Shown here: in pieces, positions 37,717 through 47,997 of the stretch | How the letters are laid out: every line of letters begins with the position of its first letter | Position numbering within the stretch: the first letter of the stretch is position 1 | Assembly: GCA_963798885.1 (NCBI GenBank) | Contig: CAWCUX010000009.1 | Location: 33,477 to 97,476, forward strand | Length of the DNA: 64,000 nt | Reading direction: 5' to 3' | From: an uncultured Actinomycetota bacterium | GTDB taxonomy: Bacteria > Actinomycetota > Actinomycetes > Propionibacteriales > Propionibacteriaceae | The notes under the pieces: generated by a model | Database searches by the model: none | Told to the model about the DNA's origin: nothing | The model's input: the letters and a program-made list of their open reading frames with translations, nothing else | Position numbers and translations under genes: made by a program

Positions 37717-38450
37717 ATCCGTACGTGAGGCGCGATGCGGGCGTAGGTCTTGGGGCCGATCCCGTCGATCTCCCGCAGTTCCGACACCGAGGTGAACCGC
37801 TGATGCTGGGCACGCCAATCGAGGATCTTCTGGGCCGTGATCGGCCCGATGCCAGGAATCGCGTCGAGCTGAGCGAGCGTCGCCGTGTTGAGGTCGACGA
37901 CGCTCTGGGTGGTTCCGGAGGTGGTGCCGCCGGGTGCCGCCTGCCCACCGTTGCGCACCACTCCGCCGGGGGCGTCGCGGGTGCCGATGACAACCTGGTC
38001 GGCGTCGTGCAGAACCGCGGCGAGGTTCAGTTCGCCGGGATCTGCCGAGGACGTCAGCCCGCCGCACCGGGCGATCGCTTCGGTGACCCGGGTTCCGGCG
38101 GGCACGGTGATCACCCCTGGACGCTTCACGGGCCCGAGCACCTGGACGACGATGCTCGGCGGGCCGGCGGGGGTCGACCCGACGCCGGTCGGGGGTCCGG
38201 TCGACCCCGGCGGCGTTCCGGCGACCTGCGACGCGATCTGCACCGCGTCGGTGCTCGTGGCGTTCGTCATCGCGACCGGCACCCGCTCCCCCTGGGCCCG
38301 GGTGAGATAGGTGAACGCGATACCGATGGCGACCACGCCGGCGATCAGCACCAGGGCGAGATGCTCGCGGGCGAAGTCGACGCCCTGGCCGATGGCGCCG
38401 CCGGCGCGCGACGGGGGTTCGGCCGGGTCGCAGCCGTCAGGGTTCATCAC
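37713..38450 (-). CDS. comEA: ComEA-like helix-hairpin-helix DNA-binding protein.
   Basis: Intact 245 aa. ...VVDLNTATLAQLDAIPGIGPITAQKILDWR...ELREIDGIGPKTYARI.... Confidence 0.85.
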   Translation of the reverse strand: MMNPDGCDPAEPPSRAGGAIGQGVDFAREHLALVLIAGVVAIGIAFTYLTRAQGERVPVAMTNATSTDAVQIASQVAGTPPGSTGPPTGVGSTPAGPPSIVVQVLGPVKRPGVITVPAGTRVTEAIARCGGLTSSADPGELNLAAVLHDADQVVIGTRDAPGGVVRNGGQAAPGGTTSGTTQSVVDLNTATLAQLDAIPGIGPITAQKILDWRAQHQRFTSVSELREIDGIGPKTYARIAPHVRI

Positions 38451-39372
38451 CGTAGTCGGCGGGATCGACGCTGGTGCCCGCCAACTCGTCCCATGTCTGC
38501 GGCGGAATCGCCTGATGCATGATGTCGGTGAGCAGCCCCGCGAGGCCGTACGAGGGTCGGATCGCGAGTGCCCGCTCGAGGCAGATGTTCATGATGGCTC
38601 CGTTGCCGGTGAGCCAGCCGGCCGTGGCCGCCAGGCAGAGGGCGGGTGGGGCCTCGTCGTCGGGGGCGAGTTCGACGACCGATCGCCACAGGGCGAGGTG
38701 CTCGGCGGCGTCGTGTCGCGTGATCAGCATCCACGCCGCATCGCGAGCGGCGATGTCTTGCACGAGCACGGCGAGCTCGAGACGTTGCTCGTCGTGCAAG
38801 CCCGATTCGGAATCGCCGGCAACGGCATGCCGGATGAGGTCGCCGACCCGGGCGATGCGGGCGCGCCGGCCGAGTCGCCGCACCTCGTCGTACACCTGGT
38901 CGACGAGTGCCTGCGACCGGGCGAGCACGTCGCCGGCAGGACCCGAGTACGCGCGCTCGAGCGCTCGACGATCGGGCAACAGCCCTTCGGCCAGCCGCGG
39001 CACCGTGCGGGCGATCGCGGTCACGTTCCGCGCCGACATCGGCCCTTCCGCCCCGCTGTGGCTCCACCATCGACGCCCGTCGGTACCGAGACGCTCGACG
39101 ATGACGTCGGGGTCGAACAGCATCGAGCAGGCGGCGACCGCGCGATCGCAGGATTCGCGGGGCCCGTAGCCGATGAGCAGGACGCGATGGTGGGGATAGC
39201 GCAGCACGAGGGGTCGGACCACCTGGGCCAACTCGTCGGCAGTGCACTCGAGGTCGGCGCGGGCGGTGACCTCGACCCGGCCGTCGACGAGCACGACCAC
39301 GACGATGGATCGGTCGGGCCAGAACCCGAGCAGGTGGGGCACGACGAGGATCATCTCGTCGGGCCCGGACAC
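38437..39372 (-). CDS. DUF4192-family protein.
   Basis: Intact 311 aa. MSGPDEMILVVPHLLGFWPDRSIVVVVL... is the N-terminus I associate with DUF4192. Confidence 0.6.
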   Translation of the reverse strand: MSGPDEMILVVPHLLGFWPDRSIVVVVLVDGRVEVTARADLECTADELAQVVRPLVLRYPHHRVLLIGYGPRESCDRAVAACSMLFDPDVIVERLGTDGRRWWSHSGAEGPMSARNVTAIARTVPRLAEGLLPDRRALERAYSGPAGDVLARSQALVDQVYDEVRRLGRRARIARVGDLIRHAVAGDSESGLHDEQRLELAVLVQDIAARDAAWMLITRHDAAEHLALWRSVVELAPDDEAPPALCLAATAGWLTGNGAIMNICLERALAIRPSYGLAGLLTDIMHQAIPPQTWDELAGTSVDPADYGDEP

Positions 39373-39580
39373 GCGCAGCGTCGCGGGGGTGGTCGGGCTC
39401 GGGCAGGTCGCGGGTGGGCAGGCGCTTGGTGAGGGAGGCTCGTTGGGTGATCACGTGCGGATTGTGTGGACGTGCGCCGCGGATTGGCCGTCGAGAACGG
39501 TCCGCTGTGGATTGCGCGCCGATCCGGGCCATGGCTGTGGACGATGTCCCCCCGGGCACCCGAGCTACAGTGGCCCCACC

Positions 39581-40429
39581 ATGAGCACTCCGCCGACCGG
39601 GCCGCATCAGCCGCCATGGCCGCCCCCTTCCCCCGGGTACCCGAATCAACCGCCGCCCTACCCCGGGTATCAGGGCCAACCACCCACCCAGCCATGGCAC
39701 CAGAACGGGTCGGGCCCCGCCGGTGGCCCATGGCAGGCGTACCCTCCTTCCGGCGAAGGCAACCACGACCCCACCGCCCAGCAGGGCCACTGGTCCGCAC
39801 CGGCCGCGCCGCCGCCGGCCCCTTGGCACTCCTCGTCCGGATCGCAGCCGGAATTCCGTCCCCCGGGAGAACCGGGACGCGACCCCCGCGCGCCGATGGG
39901 TGGCCATGTGCCACCGGCTGTCGATATCGGGCAATACCATCCCCCGTCGAGCCGCCGGCCGGTCGTGGTCACGATCGCCGTTCTGGTCGTGGTCGCGCTG
40001 GCGGTGTGGCTGGGTTATCGCACCACCCACCAGGATCCCCCGATCCCTTCGCCGGCACCGGCCGCCACGCAACCGGCCGCGACGCAGAATTCCAACTCGA
40101 TCCCGTTCGTGAACACCTTCGACAACGCGCGGGGGGTATGGACGATCGATCAGGTGACCTGGTCCGGACCCCGCGTCGTGCTGACGATGACGATCACCGT
40201 GTCACAGGGTGACCAGGTGCTCGGGTTCTTCGCGTTCACCAATTCCGACACGTCGCAGGCCTACGAACCCCAGCCCAGCGGACGTGCCAACGATCTCGTC
40301 GGTCGGGTCGTTCGCCCCGGGCAGACGATCACCGGCACCGTCACGTTCGAGATGCCCGATGCCGAGAGCACCGTCTTCCTGCTCGACTCCACCGGCCGTC
40401 AGGTGACGGCGCTGCTCATCCCCGCCTGA
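39581..40429 (+). CDS. Pro-rich single-pass membrane protein with a C-terminal DUF4352-like extracellular domain.
   Basis: ATG 39581 within ORF 39242-40429. About 120 aa of P/Q/G-rich low complexity, then TM VVVTIAVLVVVALAVWLGY, then ...VVLTMTITVSQGDQVLGFFAF...GQTITGTVTFEMPDAE.... Confidence 0.6.
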   Translation: MSTPPTGPHQPPWPPPSPGYPNQPPPYPGYQGQPPTQPWHQNGSGPAGGPWQAYPPSGEGNHDPTAQQGHWSAPAAPPPAPWHSSSGSQPEFRPPGEPGRDPRAPMGGHVPPAVDIGQYHPPSSRRPVVVTIAVLVVVALAVWLGYRTTHQDPPIPSPAPAATQPAATQNSNSIPFVNTFDNARGVWTIDQVTWSGPRVVLTMTITVSQGDQVLGFFAFTNSDTSQAYEPQPSGRANDLVGRVVRPGQTITGTVTFEMPDAESTVFLLDSTGRQVTALLIPA

Positions 40430-41319
40430 TACCCCACGATTCGTGGGATGTCGTCGATGAGCTCGACGATCCGCTCACGCAGCGGCACGGCCCGGGCGGC
40501 GAACTGGCGCTGCTGGTCGACGTAGTCGACCCGGCCGGCGACGGTTTCGACCGGTACCGGGTCGTAGCCCAAGGCACTCAGGTCGTAGGCACTGGCCCGC
40601 ATGTCGAGCACCCGGATGTCACGGGCGAGTTCGTAGCTGTCGAGCAGCAACTCCGGAGGGGTGAGCGGCAGCAGCTTGCCGGCCCACTTGTAGAGGTCCA
40701 TGTTCGCGTGCAGGCAGCCACCCTGGTCGTGGCCGAGTTGGTCGCCGCGGGTGAGCTGCACCGTGTTGTAGGGGGCCGCCTCGGGGGTGAAGAAGCGGAA
40801 GGCGTCGAAGTGGCTGCAGCGCAGTCCGAGCCGTTCGACCACGTCAGCGATGCCGTCCGGGGCAAGGCGCAGTGGTAACTGGGGATGCCGCGTCTGCCCC
40901 GCGGTGAGCCCGTAGACCATCGCCCATTCGTGCATGCCGAAGCAGCCGAACGACGCCGGTCTCGCGGCCTCGGCGCCGAGCAGCCGCCGGATCCAGGTGA
41001 TGGTGTCGCGGCGTCGTGTCACGATCGGGCCGACGTCGACCTCGACCAACCCGTTGCGCACCCGGTGATCGCGCAGGCTTCCGAATTCGTCCGTGGCGTC
41101 GGCCAGCACGCGATGGAGCCCGGGGTGCCAACGGATCAGTTGGCCGGGACGCAGCGTGTAGTAGTCGAACAGGAAGTCCTCGACCGGGTGGCGCTCACCC
41201 CGCCGACGCCGCTCCAGCACCGGCGCGAGCACCGCGAGCGCCCGCTGCTCATGATCCGACCGGAGACCTTCCCAGGCGCCCCGGTCGAGCACCGCCCGAG
41301 GATCGTCCGGCACACTCAC
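40399..41319 (-). CDS. Conserved actinobacterial hypothetical protein. From memory, this family is sometimes annotated as 3-methyladenine DNA glycosylase-like (unverified).
   Basis: GTG 41319 overlaps the true malic-enzyme stop (GTGA). ...HPVEDFLFDYYTLRPGQLIRWHPG...FGMHEWAMVY...CLHANMDLYKWA.... In the ORF track it appears as the C-terminal 307 aa of the 874-aa ORF. Confidence 0.6.
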   Translation of the reverse strand: MSVPDDPRAVLDRGAWEGLRSDHEQRALAVLAPVLERRRRGERHPVEDFLFDYYTLRPGQLIRWHPGLHRVLADATDEFGSLRDHRVRNGLVEVDVGPIVTRRRDTITWIRRLLGAEAARPASFGCFGMHEWAMVYGLTAGQTRHPQLPLRLAPDGIADVVERLGLRCSHFDAFRFFTPEAAPYNTVQLTRGDQLGHDQGGCLHANMDLYKWAGKLLPLTPPELLLDSYELARDIRVLDMRASAYDLSALGYDPVPVETVAGRVDYVDQQRQFAARAVPLRERIVELIDDIPRIVGYQAGMSSAVT

Positions 41320-43023
41320 CCCGGAACGATCCTGGGATAGACGGGCTGCCACATGTTGGCGTAGACGGCCTGTATCGGATTGTCGATCTCCACCTGCTGC
41401 GAGGCCCTCATCCAGGGCCGCCTCGACCACGGCGACGCCCACCTTGGCCGAGACCGAGCGCAACTGGCCCACGTCGGGCAACAGGGACGCACCCGGGCTG
41501 CGGTCGGTGACCACCCGCGCGACCGCACGCGCGGACGCCGCGATCATGTGGTCGCTCACCCGCGTCGCCCGGCTGGTGACGACACCGAGCCCGATGCCGG
41601 GAAACACGAGCGCGTTGTTGGCCTGGGCGATGTGGTGCGTAACTCCGCCGAAGCCGATCGGCTCGAACGGAGACCCGGTGGCGATGAGGGCGCGGCCGCC
41701 GGTCCAGAGCAGCAGGTCGGAGGGCAGCGCCTCGATCTTCGACGTCGGGTTCGACAGTGGCATGATGACCGGCCGTTCGCAGTGCGCCGCCATCTCGGTG
41801 ATGATCTCGGGCGTGAACGAGCCCGGCTGCGCCGAGGAGCCGATGAGGATCGTCGGGTGCACGTTGCGCACGACGTCGGCGAGTTCGAACCGACCGGGAC
41901 GCTCGAGGGTCCAGTCGGACAGTTCATCGGCGGAGCGGGCGTAAGGCTCCTGGAAGTCGCGCATCCGCACCCCGTCACGGATGAGGCCCCGCGACCCGAG
42001 CCCCCAGAACATCCGCCGGGCGGCGTCCCGGTCGATGCCCTTGTCGACCAGGATGTCGACCATGAGGTCGGCGATGCCGATGCCGGCGGTGCCGGCCCCG
42101 TGGATGACGATCCGTTGCTCGTCAAGGGCCGAGCCGCTCGCTCGCACGGCGCTCAGGATGGCGGCGACGACGACCGCCGCGGTGCCCTGGATGTCGTCGT
42201 TGAAGGTGCAGATGCGCTCGCGGAACTTCTCGAGGATCCGGTGCGCGTTCGATGGGCCGAAGTCTTCCCAGTGGATCATCGCGTTCGGGTAGAGGTCGGT
42301 GGCGGTGCGAACGAACCGGTCGATGAACTCGTCGTAGCGCTGCCCGCGCACTCGGGCGTGGTGAACACCGAGGTAGCCCTCCTGACTCAGCAGGTCGAGG
42401 TTGTCGGTGCCGACGTCGAGCACCACCGGCAGCACGCGGTGCGGATTGATGCCCGCCGCGGCCACGTAGAGGGCCAGCTTGCCGATGGTGATCGCCACGC
42501 CGCCGACGCCCTGGTCGCCGATGCCGAGGATGCCTTCGGAATCGGTCACCACGATGAGGTCGACCTCGTCGGAGCGGTGGCCCATGTTCGTGAGCGCGGT
42601 CTCGACGTTGTCGGGCTCGTCGATGGACAGGTACACACCGCGCGGGCGGTGATACCAGGAGCTGTATTCCTGGATGGCCTGCCCGATCGTCGGGGTGTAC
42701 ACGATCGGCATCATCTCTTCGATGTGCTCGGTGAGCAGCCGGTAGTAGAGCACCTCGTTGCGCTCGTGCATCGTGTTGAGGTAGAGGAACTTCGACAGGT
42801 CGTCGGGCTGGCGCCGGTACTGGGCGTAGCTGCGCTTGAGGTGCACGTTCATACTCATCACCTGTGGCGGCAGCAGCCCGGTGATTCCGAGGTCGGCCCG
42901 CTGTTGCTTGCTGAAGGCGGTGCCGATGTTGGTCAGCGGATTGGTCAGGACGTCTCGCCCACGGGCGTAGACGTGCAGCACGTCTCCATCGGCGCGCTGC
43001 TCGTATTCGAAATTGCGGGGCAC
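41316..43023 (-). pseudogene. NAD(P)-dependent malic enzyme, with a frame break about 28 codons before its natural stop.
   Basis: MPRNFEYEQR...IVYTPTIGQA...DSEGILGIGDQGVGG...FNDDIQGTAAV...GAGTAGIGIA.... The canonical C-terminus QVEIDNPIQAVYANMWQPVYPRIVPG* lies in ORF 41316-41528, a different frame. The break is near 41400. Confidence 0.85.
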
Positions 43024-43107
43024 GTGGCCAGAGCCTACTCGTTCGTCGCCGGGCCACCCGGTGGGCGCACCACGGGGCCGGGGATCCGCTCCTCCACTCG
43101 AGCCGGC

Positions 43108-44064
43108 TCAGAAGCCGATGCTCGCGAGGTTCGCGCGCAGAGTGCTCGCCGATGCGAGGAACTGGGCACGCTCCGCGTAGTCCATGGGAATCTCGATGAT
43201 CCGTTTGACTCCCGCCGACGACACCAGGGTGGGCATCGACAGCGCGACGCCCTCGACCCCGAGATAGCCGTCCATGATCGTCGACAACGGCAGGATCGAC
43301 CTGGTCGGAGACAGCAGAGCCTCGGTGAGGCGGGCCCCCGTCAACCCGATCGCGTAGTTGGTGGATCCCTTGCCCTCGATGATCGCGTAGGCGGCGTGCG
43401 CGGCCTCGTGCGCGAGGGAGTCGAGTTCCTCCTGGGTGAACACGTGCCGCCCGTGCACCATCCACTCACGGATCGGCACTGAGCTGATCCGCGCGCTCGA
43501 CCACACCGGGAACTCCGAATCGCCATGCTCTCCGACGATGGTCGCATGCACGTTGCGCTGGGCGATGTTGGTGCGTTCGCTGATCAGCCAGCGCAGCCGC
43601 GACGAGTCGAGCATGGTGCCGGTGGAGAACACCCTGGACGCGGGCAGGCCCGAGACGCGCTGCGCGACCACCGTGAGCACATCGCAGGGGTTGGTGACCA
43701 GAACGAACAGAGCATCGGGAGCATGCTCGACCAGCTGGGGCATGAGAGTCTCGAGGATGCCGGCGTTGACCGCGGCGAGTTCGAGGCGGCTCTGGCCGGG
43801 GTTCTGCCGGGCGCCCGCGGTGATGACGACCACCGAGGAGTCGCGGACGACCTCGATGTCTGCGCCACCCATGACCACCGACGCGGTGAACTGGGTGCCG
43901 TGGGCGAGGTCGCGCACCTCGGCGTCGACCTTCCGCTCGTTGACATCGTAGAGCGACACGACCGAGGCCGATCCCCGGATGAGGGCCGCGTACGCCATCG
44001 ACGTGCCGACCGATCCGGCACCGATGATCGACAACTTGCTGGCTTTGCGCACGGTGGGCGTCAT
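43108..44064 (-). CDS. ldh: L-lactate dehydrogenase.
   Basis: ATG 44064 within ORF 43108-44331. [16 protein letters not shown]..., ...[17 protein letters not shown]..., ...[12 protein letters not shown].... 318 aa. Confidence 0.85.
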   Translation of the reverse strand: MTPTVRKASKLSIIGAGSVGTSMAYAALIRGSASVVSLYDVNERKVDAEVRDLAHGTQFTASVVMGGADIEVVRDSSVVVITAGARQNPGQSRLELAAVNAGILETLMPQLVEHAPDALFVLVTNPCDVLTVVAQRVSGLPASRVFSTGTMLDSSRLRWLISERTNIAQRNVHATIVGEHGDSEFPVWSSARISSVPIREWMVHGRHVFTQEELDSLAHEAAHAAYAIIEGKGSTNYAIGLTGARLTEALLSPTRSILPLSTIMDGYLGVEGVALSMPTLVSSAGVKRIIEIPMDYAERAQFLASASTLRANLASIGF

Positions 44065-44216
44065 GGCGAAACTGTAGCGAGCCGAGCAGACCCGCGAGCG
44101 GTCCCAGCGTCCCAGCACTGCGGCCCGCCGTCGTCCACTCGATGGTGAGCGGACGACGGCGGCCACCTCCAACGGCATGGAATCAGCCGACACCCTCGAC
44201 CGTGCGCCGGGGCGTG

Positions 44217-44296
44217 GCCTCCGGATCTGCAGGCGGCTGCCCGGCGGCGTTGGCATCAGGGCGGAGACCCGCTCGGTCGCCTGCAGATCCGGAGGC
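44217..44296. repeat. Perfect 19-nt inverted repeat with a 42-nt spacer, in the decarboxylase-ldh intergenic region.
   Basis: GCCTCCGGATCTGCAGGCG (44217-44235) and CGCCTGCAGATCCGGAGGC (44278-44296). The adjacent tandem motif CAGGCGCACGGGC occurs twice at about 44319-44346. Confidence 0.8.
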
Positions 44297-44357
44297 TGAC
44301 GGTTCAGCAGTGGGCTCAGGCGCACGGGCACAGGCGCACGGGCTCAGACGCATAGGT

Positions 44358-46230
44358 TCAGGGGCAGCTCATCTTCCAGCGGGCGTTGCCCGGCAGTGAC
44401 CGCTCCGGAAGCCGCACCGCGACCAGGGTGAACGTTGGCTTGCCCGTCACCGGGTTGATCGGGGGTGTCGCGATGGCGCGCAGCACCTCAGACAACTCCT
44501 CGTTCGTCGACACGGCGAAGCCCTGCCCGCCGAACCCCTCTCCCAGCTTCGCGTAGTCCCAGAAGCAGCCCTGGGGCACGTGGGCCAGGTCGGCGAACGG
44601 GGGCCGGTCGGGGTTGTCGCAGAAGGCGTCGGCGTTGATCAGCCACTGTTCGACCGCGAGGACCCGGTTGTCCATGACGAACACCACGGCGTCCTGGCCG
44701 AGCTGTGCCACGGTGCCCAGCGCGGTGAGCGATTCGGCGAAGGCGGCGTCGCCGGTGATCGTCACGGTGCGCCGGTGCCGGCCCACCACCTCGTTGGCGA
44801 GCGTCACCCCCGACGTCGCCCCGACCCCGTAGCCGATCGCGGCCCAGGCCAGCTGGGCGATGTAACCGGCCTCGGCGACCTTGAGGCCGATGTTGCCGAG
44901 GAACGAGAACCCGGAGTCGGCGACGATCTGCGGGTAATGGTCCTCGTCGTGCGCCGTCGAGGAACTCGTACTGCAGCAGCGAGGTGAAGCTGTCGTACGT
45001 GATCGGGTCGCCGGCCGGGTACGTGCTGGGCGGCGGAATCTGGAAGGGCGAGCCGTGAAGGCCGGGGAACGGCGCGTTCGGCAGTGCCCCGCCCGTGTCG
45101 AGCGCGGTCAACAGGGCGTCGATGAGGGCAGCCAGCCCGACGTCGCCCCAGTAGGCCAGGCCGCGGCCGACCAGCACCGCACCGTCCCGGGCCTGGATGT
45201 GCGTCGGCCCGGGCAGGTGGGACGCCGTCGCGGGGTTGTAGTCGGGGGTGACCACGCCGAGGTAGTTGAAGTCGGTGTTGAGCACTCCCAGGTCAAGGAT
45301 GCAGTCGGCCGACTCCATCAGCTCCTGGAGGTTCTTCGGGGAGCTCTTCCCGAAGTAGACCCCGGCGAAGCGCAGGTCGGTGCGGAACTCCGACAGCACG
45401 CTCTTGCCGAGCGCGCTGGTCGCGTAGGGCGCGTCGATCTTCGCGACGAGTTCCGCGAACCGGCTCTGGAGGCCCTGCCGGGCGATCTCCACCCCGCCCA
45501 CGACGACCACGCGTCGAGCCGCCCGGAGATGGTCCATCACCGCCCCGCACGCTTCGGCCACCGACGCCGGCGATGCGGGGATCTGACTCGCCCGCAGCGG
45601 GGTGTCGGGAACCGGGCTGCAGGCCATCTGCGACGTCTGGTTGGCCAGTTCGATGTAGACCGGTCGGCTCGCCGTCAGGCAGGTCTGCAGGGCCACATCG
45701 ATGAGCCCGGGGGCGGTGGCCGGGTTGTCGATCCGCACGGCGATTTCGGTGATCTCGCGAAAGATCTGCAGGTCGGTCTGTCCGCCACCGACCGTGTGGT
45801 GGTACATCACGCCCTGATCGCGGTCGGAGTTGAACTGGGCGACCGACGGGCTGCCGTTGATGAGCACGACGGGGGAACGCTCGACGTAGGCCCCGGCCAC
45901 GGCTTGGGCGGCGTTGATCATCCCCGCGCCGTAGGTGAACGCGACGCAACCCACGGTCTCGTTGGCCACCCGGCCGTAGCCGTCGGCGGCGTAGGTCGCG
46001 GTCGTCTCGTTGTTGGGGTGGACGCGCACGAGCCCGGCGTTGATGGTGGGATCGTCAAGCGTCATGGCCCATTCGGCCAGGTAGTCGCCGGGGATGCAGA
46101 ACACGTGCCCGACGCCGATCTGGCGCAGTCGCTTGTTGAGGTAGCCACCCACGGTCTCCGTCGCTGCGGGCGCGGTCGCCTGCGTACGGAATTCCCGGTC
46201 GAAGTCGTTGATCCTGATCTCGTTCAGCAT
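44358..46230 (-). pseudogene. Thiamine-diphosphate-dependent 2-keto-acid decarboxylase (IpdC/PDC/KdcA family), with a frame break near 44957.
   Basis: ORF 44488-46230 gives ...TVGGYLNKRLRQIGVGHVFCIPGDY...NETTATYAADGYGR...FTYGAGMINAAQAVAGAYVERSPVVLINGSP.... The C-terminal ThDP motif ...ITGDAAFAESLTALGTV...VFVMDNRVLAVEQ lies in ORF 44358-44807. Confidence 0.8.
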
Positions 46231-46233
46231 GGC

Positions 46234-47997
46234 TCACGCTCCCCAGAGTCCCCGTGCGGCCACCCTTCGCGTGGGCGTGGCCTCGTCCTTCTGTGCTGCC
46301 GACTGACACGCCGGGCCTGTGAGCGGCGCCAACCCGAAGTGGGCCAGGGCCATGTCGCAGGAGCGGATCGACCCGTTGACCCAGCCCTGCATGTCGGAGA
46401 TCGCCTCGTTGCAGATGTACACGTCCTCGATGGGTGCGGCGAGGTACTCGCGCACCTCGGCGTCGGAGACTCCCATCCGCCACTGGTGGTAGGCGTTCTC
46501 GAAATCGTCGGTGCCATCCCACAGGCGGTAGCTCGTGAGCACGGGGTCGGGGATGTCCGAGAGGCCGAACAGCATGCGGAGTTGCTTCAGCGCCTCCTGC
46601 ACCACCGCCATCGATGCCGGGAAAATGGTCTGGGGCGGCTTGCTCTGCCTCTCCTGCAGCGGGGATGAGAACAGCTTCCCCACACCCTGCAGGCCCTGCC
46701 AGAAGTAGGTGTTGTCGAAGTCGCAGTAGATGGTGAGTGCGGCTGCTTCCTGCAGCTGCATCTCCTCCGCGGACAGGTTCGCCGCCAGAGGCCCCCGCTT
46801 CTCGACGGGCAGCGAGTAGAAGGGGTAGACCGCGTTGATCGGCAGGCTGGAGAAGTTCGGGCCGAACTCCACCGGCGGGCTCACCAGTCCGTCGCGCCAC
46901 CACGCGTCGTCGAAGTACAGGTTGATCTTCATCAGCGGCATGCCGCGCGCCGCATGGATGTTCTCCCACAGGCGCTCGGCGTCCGGGTCGGCGTTGAGGG
47001 CCGGCGAGGTGATGAACAGGTCCTCCATGCCCTTGGTGGCCACCGCGAGGATGAGCTTCGAGCCGGTCAGGGTCTTCGTCGTCCCACCGGGGATGAACGG
47101 GTTGGAGTCCTGCTCGTCGGGCGCCTCGGTCATGGTGAGTTCGAAGCCCGACCCGGTGCGGATAATGCGGTCGACGTTGGTGCTGAGCAGGATCTGAACC
47201 TGATCGGGCAGCTGGTCGCGCACGGTGTCCGGGAGAGTCGAGAATCCCTGTTCGAACGCGAAGTAGGTCGGATCCTTCGGGAAGTCGGCGAGGATCTGGA
47301 AGGCGTCGCCGGCGTTGATCGGCGCCTTGAAGGGGCCCCCGAAGCCGACGCTGTCACACAGCAACTGGACGCATTCCTGCGAGTAGCCCATGTCTCTCAG
47401 CAGGCCCCACATCTGCCAGTCGCGCAGGGGGCTGCCGTTCCACACGAAGGTGTCGCGGAATGTCGTCCAGAACTCCGGTGTCTGATCCTTCGGCGGCTTC
47501 TGGCCGTTGGCCGCGAGGACCGCGTGGTAAGCCCTGGTCACCAGGTCGCTGGGGCTGAGGCCCCGCTCGTTCTCGTCCAGGTCGTAGATCTCGCCCCAGA
47601 TGCGGTTCGCCCCGGCGGCTGCCTCGGCCGCGGTGAAATTGCGTCCGCGAAGCAGGAACCGGTTCGTGTTGATCCCCCCGACGTCACTTCCCATCGGGAA
47701 CGGCACGATCTGGTCGCACAGGCCCAGGGCGTAGCTCAGTTGCATCAGTTCGGTCATGCCGTAGTTGAACCGCATGCCGCCCTGCTCCACGCGAACCACC
47801 TCGCCCGGCCGGATCTCGATGCGGTCGGTCTCGAGGCGTCCACCCGTTCGGTTGAGGCGCTCGACGATGGTGATCTTCTGGTGGGGATTTTGCTGGATCA
47901 GGCGCCAGGCGCAGTAAAGGCCGGATATCCCGGCCCCCACGATGACGACATCTGCTTGCTGCGTCGGTTCTGCTTCGCTGAAGAATCTCGTGCTCAA
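46234..47997 (-). CDS. Flavin-dependent amine oxidase family protein (L-amino-acid oxidase / Trp 2-monooxygenase-like).
   Basis: Intact 587 aa. The start is TTG 47997, preceded by GAGAGGAAA. ADVVIVGAGISGLYCAWRL...IVERLNRTGGRL is the dinucleotide fold. The stop lies 3 nt before the decarboxylase start. Confidence 0.75.
   Translation of the reverse strand: MSTRFFSEAEPTQQADVVIVGAGISGLYCAWRLIQQNPHQKITIVERLNRTGGRLETDRIEIRPGEVVRVEQGGMRFNYGMTELMQLSYALGLCDQIVPFPMGSDVGGINTNRFLLRGRNFTAAEAAAGANRIWGEIYDLDENERGLSPSDLVTRAYHAVLAANGQKPPKDQTPEFWTTFRDTFVWNGSPLRDWQMWGLLRDMGYSQECVQLLCDSVGFGGPFKAPINAGDAFQILADFPKDPTYFAFEQGFSTLPDTVRDQLPDQVQILLSTNVDRIIRTGSGFELTMTEAPDEQDSNPFIPGGTTKTLTGSKLILAVATKGMEDLFITSPALNADPDAERLWENIHAARGMPLMKINLYFDDAWWRDGLVSPPVEFGPNFSSLPINAVYPFYSLPVEKRGPLAANLSAEEMQLQEAAALTIYCDFDNTYFWQGLQGVGKLFSSPLQERQSKPPQTIFPASMAVVQEALKQLRMLFGLSDIPDPVLTSYRLWDGTDDFENAYHQWRMGVSDAEVREYLAAPIEDVYICNEAISDMQGWVNGSIRSCDMALAHFGLAPLTGPACQSAAQKDEATPTRRVAARGLWGA

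Noticed and set aside
40399-43023. The 874-aa ORF read as a genuine novel malic-enzyme fusion protein.
   Set aside because: The canonical malic-enzyme C-terminus and stop lie in another frame (ends at 41316). The downstream protein has its own GTG overlapping that stop. One 1-nt change near 41400 explains the apparent fusion.
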